64,000 nt of DNA from Desulfobacteraceae bacterium (GTDB lineage Bacteria; Desulfobacterota; Desulfobacteria; Desulfobacterales; JAABRJ01), in assembly GCA_022340425.1 (NCBI GenBank), contig JAJDNY010000161.1, forward strand, positions 14,451 through 78,450, in the 5' to 3' direction. The notes under the pieces were generated by a model. The model worked only from the letters and a program-made list of their open reading frames with translations. It had not been told where the DNA came from and did no database searches. Positions within the stretch are counted from its first letter, which is position 1, and each line of letters opens with the position of its first letter. Below are positions 11,332 through 19,434 of this stretch, one piece after another. Both the position numbers and the translations under genes were made by a program.

Positions 11332-11903
11332 GCGCAAAGCGGCATTCGGTCACCAGTCGCGCCGGCTACGGGATGGCCTGCAAGGACCCTGTTCTCTTGC
11401 AAGTGTCAGATTTCAAAGCACTAACTCGAGAGGCTGGGGTCGCAGCCGCCTTCGGCCGTGATGGCGGCCGGGGCCGCCGGGCGAGAGGCCGCGGTCGCCG
11501 GGTTTCGCAATTCCTCTACCCGGGAAGAGGCCATTGGTCTATTTAAGCGGCTGGAAACAATATTAAAAACAAAACCTTCGGCGTGCCTTCGAACATTCGC
11601 CACGGCGCCATGGGAATTTTGCTAAAATCGCGGTTGCAAGAACATTGATGGCCGAAAATTGCGCTCAAAGGAGGCCGTGGGCCGCGTCGGCCACTGTCCC
11701 TGCTGGGTCGCCCTGGGGCGGCGGCCGGCAGCCGCGCTGGCCGATCAGGCTCGCTTCCCTTCTCCGGACGCGTTCCTGTTTGAAACCATCGGGTTTTGCT
11801 GGTAAGAGAACGACTGTGGGTTCGGTATTCCACCCGAATGCCGTTGGGTGTATGCTAACAGACGCCGCAGCGCCCCTGCGGCGTGGTGGAAAGGCAGGCC
11901 GCC

Positions 11904-12320
11904 ATGTATGTCGTGATCGTGGGCTGCGGCCGTCTCGGGGCCCTGCTGGCCGTTGGGTTGAGCGTCGCCGGGCACGAGGTGGTCGTCATCGACCGCCATG
12001 AGGCATCCTTTCGCGCCCTTTCGCCCGAATTCAGCGGTTTCCGGCTCACAGGGGACGCCACCGAGTATGCCCTGCTGGAAAGCGCCGAGGTCGGACGGGC
12101 CGACTGTCTCATGGCCACCTGCAGCGAGGACACCCTCAACCTCATGGTGGCCCAGGTGGCGCGGCACGTCTTCGGCGTCACCTGCGTGCTGGCGCGGGTC
12201 CACCAGCCGGCCTTCGGTGCGATTTTCAAAACCGCCGGGATCCAGATCATCAGCCCCACCCAGCTGGCCTTTGACGCCTTTTGCGCAACCCTCGACGAAG
12301 GGGCCAACCGGCAGTCATGA
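11904..12320 (+). CDS. TrkA-N (RCK N-terminal, NAD-binding) domain protein of K+ uptake system
   Basis: ORF trimmed to ATG 11904 (MYVVIVGCGRLG, GxGxxG Rossmann motif). 138 aa with no RCK_C domain. Its stop overlaps the next gene (ATGA). Confidence 0.85.
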   Translation: MYVVIVGCGRLGALLAVGLSVAGHEVVVIDRHEASFRALSPEFSGFRLTGDATEYALLESAEVGRADCLMATCSEDTLNLMVAQVARHVFGVTCVLARVHQPAFGAIFKTAGIQIISPTQLAFDAFCATLDEGANRQS

Positions 12321-12976
12321 ACATCATCCTGATCGGCGGCGACCAGACCACCTATTTTCTGGCGCGGGAGTTCATCTCCCAGGAGCACGGGGTGACCCTG
12401 ATCAACCGGGACCCCGAAGACAGCCGCATCATGTCTCAGAAGCTCAAGGCGACAGTGCTGCTGGGGGAGGGCAGCGATCCCGAGACCCTGGAGCAGGCCG
12501 GCGCCCGCAGCGCCGACGTTCTGATCGCCATGACCTCCCATGACCACGACAACTTGATCGCCTGCCAGGTGGCGCGGCTGCAGTTCGAAATGCCGCGCAC
12601 CATCGCTCTGGTGAACGACCCCCAAAACGAGGCGGTTTTCGAGGACCTCGGGATTTCGGTGGCCTTTTCGGCCACCCGGATCATCGCTAGCCTCCTCAAC
12701 CAGCAGACCCGCTTTGCCGCCATCACCCATCTGATGACCCTGGGGCAGGGTCAGATCAGCCTCACCGAGGTGCTGCTCTCCGACAAAAGCCCCGCAGCCG
12801 AAAAAACCCTTCACGAGCTGGATCTGCCCGAGAATTTCCTGGTGGCCGCCGTTCTTCGCGGGGACACCGTGCTGGTGCCCCGGGGGCCCACCCGTCTGGC
12901 GGTCGGTGACAAGTTGATCGTGGTGGGCGCGCAGGCGGATTTCAAGACGATTCTCACGCGCCTGGTCGGTGACTGA
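12317..12976 (+). CDS. trkA: Trk/Ktr system K+ uptake protein TrkA (RCK N + C domains)
   Basis: ORF trimmed to ATG 12317 (MNIILIGG...). TrkA_N fold followed by a TrkA_C-like C-terminus ('VGDKLIVVG'). The glycine motif is degenerate ('IGGDQTT'). Confidence 0.85.
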   Translation: MNIILIGGDQTTYFLAREFISQEHGVTLINRDPEDSRIMSQKLKATVLLGEGSDPETLEQAGARSADVLIAMTSHDHDNLIACQVARLQFEMPRTIALVNDPQNEAVFEDLGISVAFSATRIIASLLNQQTRFAAITHLMTLGQGQISLTEVLLSDKSPAAEKTLHELDLPENFLVAAVLRGDTVLVPRGPTRLAVGDKLIVVGAQADFKTILTRLVGD

Positions 12977-12978
12977 GG

Positions 12979-14472
12979 ATGCGCAACCCGGCCTTTCTGC
13001 GTGCGCGCTATGCCGGAATTATTCGGCTCACCGGCGGGATCACCGGACTGATCGGACTGGTCCTGCTCTCGCCGCTGGCCGGCCTGTTTTTTTTCCCTGA
13101 GGAAGCCGCGCTGGCCGGGGGCTTCGCCCTGCCGGGCGTAATCGTCACGGCAGTGGGGGGGCTGCTGGTCGGCGGGCTGCGCTCCCGGGTGGTGGCGGAA
13201 CTGACCTATGCCGAGGGCGCCACGATCATCGTGATGGCCTGGTTGACGGCCGTCGTGGCGGGGGCGGTGCCGTTCTGGATGCTGCTGGAGCTGAGCTTCA
13301 CCCAGGCCCTCTTTGAATCCACCAGCGGTTGGACCACCACCGGTCTCTCGGTGCTGGATGTGGCCGCCGCGCCGCGCCTGATTCTGCTCTTTCGCAGCAT
13401 TCTGCAGTACACCGGCGGGGCCGGTTTCGCCGTTATCATGCTGAGCGCCCTGGCCGGTCCGGCCGGCACCGGGATCGGGGCCGCCGAGGGGCGGCCTGCC
13501 GGGCTGGCGCCCAATGTCCGGCGCTCGGCCGAGCTGGTCCTCAAGCTCTACAGCGGCTATGCCCTTTGCGGCATCCTGGCCCTGCACCTCGCCGGTATGG
13601 GCTGGTTCGATGCCGTCAACCACGCCCTGACCGCGGTGTCTACCGGGGGGTTTTCGACCCGTCCGGAGTCCATCGGTTACTGGAACAGTCCGTCCGTTGA
13701 GGCGGTCACCATCGTGCTGATGCTCCTGGGGGGTACCAACTTCCTGACTGCCTACATGCTGCTGACAGGCCATTTCGCCTATGTGCGGCGCAACGGCGAG
13801 CTGCATCTTCTGCTGATCCTGGTCGTGGTCGGGGTGCCCCTGATTTTGTTGACCGGGGCCGGCCACCTCTACCCGAGCTGGCCCCCGGCCCTGCGCAGCG
13901 CCGTGTTCGAGACGGTTTCGGCGCTCTCCACCACCGGTTTTTCAACCACCGGCTACGGCGGTTGGAATGCCGGCGGCCTGCTGCTGCTGACGTTTTTGAT
14001 GGTGGTCGGCGGCGGGACCGGCTCCACCGCCGGCGGGATCAAGCTGCACCGGGTTTACCTGCTGATTAGGGGGCTGGTCTGGGAGTTCCGACGCCAGATC
14101 CTGCCGGAAAAGGCGGTCAGCGCCCCCTACCTCTGGCAGGGGAACCAGCGCCGGTTCATCACCGATGACGAACTGCGCCACTCCGGTCTTTTTCTTTTCC
14201 TGTACCTCTGCTGTTGGGCGTCCGGCAGTCTGGTGGTGTGCTCCTGGGGCTATCCGGTGGCGGATGGGCTGTTTGAATTCGCCAGCGCCGTGGGGACGGT
14301 TGGGCTGTCGGTGGGGGTGACCACCGCCGGCACCCCGCCGGCGGTCCTCTGGACCCAGATCGGGGGGATGCTGCTGGGGCGTCTGGAGTTTTTCACCGTC
14401 ATCCTGGGGGTCATCAAGCTCGTTCGCGACGCTCGGGTGATGCTGCGCGCGGACCGCTCTCAACGCCGCTGA
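12979..14472 (+). CDS. trkH: TrkH/KtrB-family K+ transporter membrane subunit
   Basis: 497 aa, polytopic. Repeated selectivity-filter-like motifs ('TTTGLS', 'STGGFS', 'TGSTAGGIKL'). Starts 3 nt after the trkA stop. Confidence 0.9.
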   Translation: MRNPAFLRARYAGIIRLTGGITGLIGLVLLSPLAGLFFFPEEAALAGGFALPGVIVTAVGGLLVGGLRSRVVAELTYAEGATIIVMAWLTAVVAGAVPFWMLLELSFTQALFESTSGWTTTGLSVLDVAAAPRLILLFRSILQYTGGAGFAVIMLSALAGPAGTGIGAAEGRPAGLAPNVRRSAELVLKLYSGYALCGILALHLAGMGWFDAVNHALTAVSTGGFSTRPESIGYWNSPSVEAVTIVLMLLGGTNFLTAYMLLTGHFAYVRRNGELHLLLILVVVGVPLILLTGAGHLYPSWPPALRSAVFETVSALSTTGFSTTGYGGWNAGGLLLLTFLMVVGGGTGSTAGGIKLHRVYLLIRGLVWEFRRQILPEKAVSAPYLWQGNQRRFITDDELRHSGLFLFLYLCCWASGSLVVCSWGYPVADGLFEFASAVGTVGLSVGVTTAGTPPAVLWTQIGGMLLGRLEFFTVILGVIKLVRDARVMLRADRSQRR

Positions 14473-14483
14473 AGGCCTTGTGT

Positions 14484-14984
14484 TCAGGGACCCTGGTTGT
14501 CGGGGGAGGCTTGCGCCGGTTCGTCTTCACCCTCCGGGGCCCGGATGGTCAGCACCGGGCAGGCCGCCATCTTAACGACCTTTTCGGTCACCGAGCCGAA
14601 AAGAAATCGGCGCCAACCGGACTGGCCGTGGGTGGCGATGACGATCAGGTCGGCTTTGACCTCCGCTGCGGCCTGGACGATGCCGTAGGCCGGTTCGAAA
14701 ACGATGGTCCGGGTGCTGACCGTCAAGCCCGGCGCCTCGGCCAACAGACGGGTGGCGATATTCTTCAGCTGCGCTTCGGCGTGGGTTTCCAGATCATGCT
14801 GGTAGGTGGGCACGTTGAAAACCTGGTGGTCGTAGGCGGTGGCCACCACCGGTACCGGGGTGATGACGTTGAGCAGGATCAGCCCGGTGTTGAAGTGCGT
14901 CGCCAGTTCCACGCCGGCCTGGATGGCCTCATGGCTTGGGGCGCTGAAATCCGTCGGGCACAGAATGGTCTTCCAGGGCAGCAT
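14484..14984 (-). CDS. Universal stress protein (UspA family)
   Basis: 166 aa, ATG start. 'KTILCPTDFS' and 'IATHGQSGWRRFLFGSVTEKV' UspA motifs. Convergent with trkH. Confidence 0.85.
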   Translation of the reverse strand: MLPWKTILCPTDFSAPSHEAIQAGVELATHFNTGLILLNVITPVPVVATAYDHQVFNVPTYQHDLETHAEAQLKNIATRLLAEAPGLTVSTRTIVFEPAYGIVQAAAEVKADLIVIATHGQSGWRRFLFGSVTEKVVKMAACPVLTIRAPEGEDEPAQASPDNQGP

Positions 14985-15166
14985 CGGGGCCTCCTTGGGC
15001 TGCGGGATTGCAGGGGTTTAGTTGCAGCGAATTTCTAAACATAACAAAAATATCGCGGCCCATCAAACAGGCTGCCGGCCGCCTGCCGGGCGAGGGGCAG
15101 GCCGGCAGGATAGTTCCCGGCAATCCCGCTTCAAACACAGAGTGAACGCACGAAAAGGAGCTTTTC

Positions 15167-15718
15167 ATGAAAACCATCAAGGTCAAAGAGATGATGATTC
15201 CGCTCGCCAAATATGCCACCGTCAACCAGGAGGCGACCTTTTACGAAGCGGTCCTGGCGCTGGAGGAGGCCCAGAAAAAGTTCGACGGCCTCTACCGGCA
15301 TCGGGCGATCCTGGTTCTGGACGACGAGGGGCACGCGGTGGGCAAAATCGGTCAGGATGACCTGATCCGGGGCTTGGAGCCGGGCAACAAGGGGATCGAA
15401 GATTTCAGAACCCCATCATACAGCGGGTTCAGCCCCACCTACTTCAAGTCGGTGATTGAAAAGTATCACCTCTGGGAGGCGCCGCTGGCGGAAATTTGCA
15501 AAAAAGCCGCCGAAATCAAGGCCAGAGATCTCATGCACACCCCCGTGGAGGGGGAAACCGTGGACGAAGAGGCGACCCTCAACGAGGCCATCCACCAGCT
15601 GATCATGGCCCGCCACCAGTCTTTGCTGGTGACCCGCAATGGTAAAATCGTGGGAATTTTCCGGATGACCGATGTCTTCCACAAAATCTGCGAAGAGGTC
15701 AAGGCCTGCAAGTTCTGA
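15167..15718 (+). CDS. CBS domain pair protein
   Basis: 183 aa. AAGGAG RBS at 15155-15160. Two CBS-like repeats ('VKEMMIPL...AILVLDDEGHAVGKI' and 'ARDLMHTP...LLVTRNGKIVGIF'). Confidence 0.85.
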   Translation: MKTIKVKEMMIPLAKYATVNQEATFYEAVLALEEAQKKFDGLYRHRAILVLDDEGHAVGKIGQDDLIRGLEPGNKGIEDFRTPSYSGFSPTYFKSVIEKYHLWEAPLAEICKKAAEIKARDLMHTPVEGETVDEEATLNEAIHQLIMARHQSLLVTRNGKIVGIFRMTDVFHKICEEVKACKF

Positions 15719-15777
15719 CCCCGCTCATTTGCCTGGACCACCTCCCGCGACCTCCGGTGCATACGGCGGCCGGTGGT

Positions 15778-16860
15778 TCACAGCACCGCGGCGATGACCG
15801 CGACCGCTTTTTTCACCAGCGTTAAGTCGGCCTGGCTGCCCATGTGGCCCAGCCGGAAGACTTTTCCCGCCAGCGGCCCGTAGCTGCCCGCCACCACCAG
15901 GCCATGGCGGCGCAGGGCCGCATCGAAGGCGGGCCAGGATTCGCCCGCCGGCAGTTTGACGGCGGTCACGGTGGGCGAGGGGACCGCCGAAGGCGCCGGA
16001 AAGAGTTCCAGCCCCAGGCGCACCAATTCCTGCCGGCAGTATGCCGCCACCCGCTCGTGGCGCGCGAAGCTCCGCACCAGCCCTTCCTCCAGCAACAGAC
16101 CGGCGGCGGCGTTCAGCGCCGCCACCCCCTGCCAGTTGGGGGTGTAAGGAAAGTAGCGGTCCTTGAGCGCCGTGCGGAAGGGCTTGAGGGCATCGTAGCC
16201 CGCGTAGTCGACCGCCGCGATCACATCCCAGGCCCGTGGGCTGACCGATAGAAAGGCCATGTCGGCCGGTGCTGAAAGGCATTTCTGCGAAGCGCACAGG
16301 CACAGATCGATCCCCCAGGCATCGGCTTCCACCGGGGTTCCGCCCGCACTGGCCACCGCGTCCACGTAGAGCAGCGGGATTTGCAGCTGCTCTTTGAGGC
16401 GGCCCAAATCGGCGATAGGGTTCAAGGTCCCCGACGGGGTCTCGCAGTGGACCGCGGTGATCATTTTGGGCTTAAAGGCTCTCAGGGCCTCTTCCAGGGC
16501 CGTCAAATCGTCGAGGGTTTGATCGTAGGGCAGCCCCAGCGTGCGGACCTCGCAGCCCAGGGCGCGGGCCATTTCGCCGATGCCGTAGCCGAAGACCCCG
16601 GTGGCCACGGCCAGCACCCGGTCGCCGGGAACCAGGCAGCTTTTCAGGGCGCTCCAGAGGGCCAGCATACCCTCCCCGGTCTGCAGGACCACCGGGTGGC
16701 CGGTTCCCAGGAGGGTTTGCAGACGGGCCTCGGTGTCGGCGTAAAGCCGGAAAAACTCCTCTTCCAGATCGGCGGATCCGTAGGCAATCCGGTAGGCCGC
16801 CATGACGGCGGGCGGCACCCGCACCGGTCCGGGGACCATGGGGATCGGGTAGGTTATCAT
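15778..16860 (-). CDS. Class V pyridoxal-phosphate aminotransferase (serine-pyruvate / alanine-glyoxylate type)
   Basis: ORF 15778..17031 trimmed to ATG 16860 (MITYPIPMVPGP...). Class V fold with 'LLYVDAVASAGG' and 'ASQKCL' (PLP lysine region). Confidence 0.85.
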   Translation of the reverse strand: MITYPIPMVPGPVRVPPAVMAAYRIAYGSADLEEEFFRLYADTEARLQTLLGTGHPVVLQTGEGMLALWSALKSCLVPGDRVLAVATGVFGYGIGEMARALGCEVRTLGLPYDQTLDDLTALEEALRAFKPKMITAVHCETPSGTLNPIADLGRLKEQLQIPLLYVDAVASAGGTPVEADAWGIDLCLCASQKCLSAPADMAFLSVSPRAWDVIAAVDYAGYDALKPFRTALKDRYFPYTPNWQGVAALNAAAGLLLEEGLVRSFARHERVAAYCRQELVRLGLELFPAPSAVPSPTVTAVKLPAGESWPAFDAALRRHGLVVAGSYGPLAGKVFRLGHMGSQADLTLVKKAVAVIAAVL

Positions 16861-17120
16861 CTTCTTTCTCCGCGGGGGCCGGGGGCAATTCCGAAAGAAC
16901 GGTGAATCGGTCGTCGGCAGACGTTTGGTTTGAATCAGTTTGGGTGAGCCTAAATCCGCATTCGCCTGAATGCAAGCAAAATGGTTTTTCGGGGCGCGTC
17001 TTCGAAGGGGGAATTTAGGGGAGATGCCCAAGCTCCAGGCCCAGACAAAAATCCCGCGGCGGCTGATACCCAGCCGGGGCGGGACGCTGGTGGCAGGCGG
17101 CGCCGGGCGCTCGGGGTGGG

Positions 17121-17609
17121 TCAGGCGGCTTCCTGCAGCAGGCTCAGTTCGTCCGTGTTCAGGACCTTGTCGATGTCCAGCAAAATTTTGACGCCCTTTT
17201 CAACCTTGCCCATGCCGAGGATGTAATCGGTTTTGAGGCGGGCGCCGAAGGTCGGTGCGTCCTCGATGTCCTCGGCGCGGATATTGAGCACCTCCGAAAC
17301 CGTGTCCACCACCAGGCCGATCTGGATCATGGCTACCGGACCCTGAATCTCCACCACGATGATGCAGGTCCGGTCGGTGTGTTCGACGGATTCCAGGCCG
17401 AACTTCAGCCGCAGGTCGATCACCGGGATGACCTTGCCCCGCAGGTTGATCACCCCTTTCACGAATTCCGGGGTCTGGGGGACATAGGTGATCGGCATCA
17501 TGCCGATGATTTCCTTGATTTTCAAGATCGCGATCCCGTACTCCTCGTCCCCGAGTAGAAACGTCAGATATTTGCCGCCTTTGTCCCCGCTGGGTTTGAA
17601 CTCTTGCAT
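17121..17609 (-). CDS. cheW: Chemotaxis coupling protein CheW
   Basis: ORF trimmed to ATG 17609 (MQEFKPSG...). 'YLTFLLGDEEYGI', 'VINLRGKVIPVIDLR' and 'GLVVDTVSEVL' are classic CheW motifs. Confidence 0.9.
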   Translation of the reverse strand: MQEFKPSGDKGGKYLTFLLGDEEYGIAILKIKEIIGMMPITYVPQTPEFVKGVINLRGKVIPVIDLRLKFGLESVEHTDRTCIIVVEIQGPVAMIQIGLVVDTVSEVLNIRAEDIEDAPTFGARLKTDYILGMGKVEKGVKILLDIDKVLNTDELSLLQEAA

Positions 17610-17779
17610 ACCGGTAGCCTCACTCTGGTGCCAATGCCTCGGATAATGCGCATCGCTCAGCCGACCTGGCGCCGGCCGAATACTGTCGTGCCAAACGGAC
17701 TGGTGAAACCGTTTGTTCGACCGCTTTCCGAGCAAACTTTAGGGGCCGCGGGCTTCAGCCGGTGTGGGCGGCGGGCCGA

Positions 17780-18937
17780 TCAGCCCTTTTGTCGCAGCCT
17801 CAGCAGGCGCTCGCCGGCCGCCGCCAGGGTCTCGTCGCGTTTGGCGAAGTGCATCCGGACCAGGTTGTGGACCGGCTCGTGGAAAAAACTAGATCCCGGC
17901 ACGCCGGCGACGCCGATTTCCCGGACCAGCCAGCGGCAGAAGGCCGTATCGTCCTTGAAGCCGAATTCGGAGATGTCCACCAGCACGTAGTAGGCCCCCT
18001 GAGGGGTCGTGTAGCGCAGACCGGCGCGCTCGAGGAAGCCCAGGAAGAGGTCGCGCTTGCGGCTGTAGCGCGCCAGAAGGTCGTCGTAATAGGTCGGCGG
18101 GAACTCCAGGGCCTTGACCGCCGCGGCCTGCAGCGGGGCGGCGGCGCCCACTGTCAGGAAGTCGTGGACCTTGCGCGCCCCGGCGATGACCTCCGGGGCG
18201 GCGATGACGTATCCCAGGCGCCAGCCGGTGATGGAATAGGTCTTGGAAAGCGAGCTGCAGGAGATTGTGCGCGCGAACATCCCCGGCAGGCTGGCGAAAT
18301 AGGTGTGCCGGTGGGGGGGATAGACGATGTGCTCGTAGACCTCGTCGGTGATCACGAAGGCGTCGAACTCGGCAGCCAGATCGGCGATGGTCTGCAGCTC
18401 CGCGCGGCTGAAGACCTTGCCGGAGGGGTTGGCGGGATTGCACAGCACCAGGGCCTTGACGCCCCGGGCAAAGGCGCGTCGCAGTTCATCGGGGTCAAAA
18501 TGAAAGTCCGGTGGGTGCAGCGGCACGAAAACCGGCTCGGCTCCGCAGAGGATTGTGTCGGCGCCGTAGTTTTCATAGAAGGGCGAGAAGACGATCACCT
18601 TTTCCCCCGGGTTGCAGGCCGTCATGATGGCCACCATCATGGCCTCGGTGCTGCCGCAGGTGACCACCAGGTGGGTTTCGGGGTCCAGCGCCAGCCCCAT
18701 CCAGTGGCTCTGCTTGCGCGCCAGGGCGCGGCGGAACTCGGGCGCCCCCCAGGTGACGGCGTACTGGTGGCAGTTTTCGTCGATGGCGCGCCGCGCCGCC
18801 GCCAGCAGCTCCGCCGGCGGGTCGAAGTCGGGAAACCCCTGGGAGAGGTTGATGGCCTGGGCCGCGTCGGCGATGCGGGTCATCTCGCGGATGACCGATT
18901 CGGTAAAGCGGTCGAGGCGATGGGCGGTTGCGGGCAT
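17780..18937 (-). CDS. Class I/II pyridoxal-phosphate aminotransferase (aspartate/methionine/kynurenine type)
   Basis: 385 aa, ATG start. 'INLSQGFPDF', 'CNPANPSGKVF' and 'SLSKTYSITGWRLGY' (PLP lysine motif). Confidence 0.9.
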   Translation of the reverse strand: MPATAHRLDRFTESVIREMTRIADAAQAINLSQGFPDFDPPAELLAAARRAIDENCHQYAVTWGAPEFRRALARKQSHWMGLALDPETHLVVTCGSTEAMMVAIMTACNPGEKVIVFSPFYENYGADTILCGAEPVFVPLHPPDFHFDPDELRRAFARGVKALVLCNPANPSGKVFSRAELQTIADLAAEFDAFVITDEVYEHIVYPPHRHTYFASLPGMFARTISCSSLSKTYSITGWRLGYVIAAPEVIAGARKVHDFLTVGAAAPLQAAAVKALEFPPTYYDDLLARYSRKRDLFLGFLERAGLRYTTPQGAYYVLVDISEFGFKDDTAFCRWLVREIGVAGVPGSSFFHEPVHNLVRMHFAKRDETLAAAGERLLRLRQKG

Positions 18938-19139
18938 GGGACACCCTTTCGATGCGGGGTTGCGGCCGTTAGCCGCAAGGGTTTTTGTAGGTTGGGGCTG
19001 TTTGCCACGGGTTATAGAGAACCCCGGCAGAGGGTGTCAAGCGATTCGCGGCCGGGTGTGCGCTGACCGCCAGCCTCCGGCAAAAAGTCCTTGACCGCAA
19101 TCGGCCAGGTTGGTAGGAAAGCGGCACAATTTAACGTAC

Positions 19140-19315
19140 GCGCCGCGCGGTTAACGGAACACGGTGCAACTCCGTGACGGACCCGCCGCTGTAATCGGAA
19201 ATGCGGTCGCCGCCGCCCCCCAAAGGGACGGCCGCCACTGGCCTTTTTTCATAGAGGCCGGGAAGGTGCGACACCCCGCTGATATCCGAAAGTCAGAAGA
19301 CGAACCGCGCCGGGC
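19140..19315 (+). promoter_or_regulatory. Cobalamin (B12) riboswitch aptamer
   Basis: Conserved blocks: 'GGTGCAACTCCGTGACGGACCCGCCGCTGTAA', 'GCCACTGGCC...GGCCGGGAAGG' and the B12-box-like 'AGTCAGAAGAC'. The closing helix is GCGCGG (19145-19150) / CCGCGC (19305-19310). No TPP-box motifs seen. Confidence 0.75.
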
Positions 19316-19334
19316 AAATGGAACACGATGGCAA

Positions 19335-19377
19335 AGGGTTCTGTTGGGATTTCACTCCTGACAGGGCCCTTTTTTTG
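19335..19377 (+). terminator. Intrinsic terminator (riboswitch expression platform)
   Basis: Stem 19335-19349 pairs with 19356-19370 (about 15 bp including G.U pairs, 6-nt loop), followed by T7 (19370-19376). It lies 58 nt upstream of the ATG at 19435. Confidence 0.7.
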
Positions 19378-19434
19378 TTGGGCGGACCGCCGCCGGCATG
19401 TTCCCCCATTTATCCACCCCGGAAGGAGACGCGC

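Noticed and set aside
15778-17031. N-terminal extensions of many track ORFs (for example 15778..17031, 36046..37194, 39583..41427, 40869..41603, 26617..27813, 52433..53212, 34554..35507, 34844..35776).
   Set aside because: The extensions are Arg/Pro/Gly-rich read-through of upstream genes or intergenic DNA. Internal ATG codons with SD sequences give N-termini matching the known families, so the starts were trimmed.
19100-19434. TPP (THI-box) riboswitch, expected upstream of a thiC-like gene.
   Set aside because: No CUGAGA / ACCUGAUCUGGAUAAUGCCAGCG-type blocks are present. The leader instead carries cobalamin-aptamer blocks (see finding).
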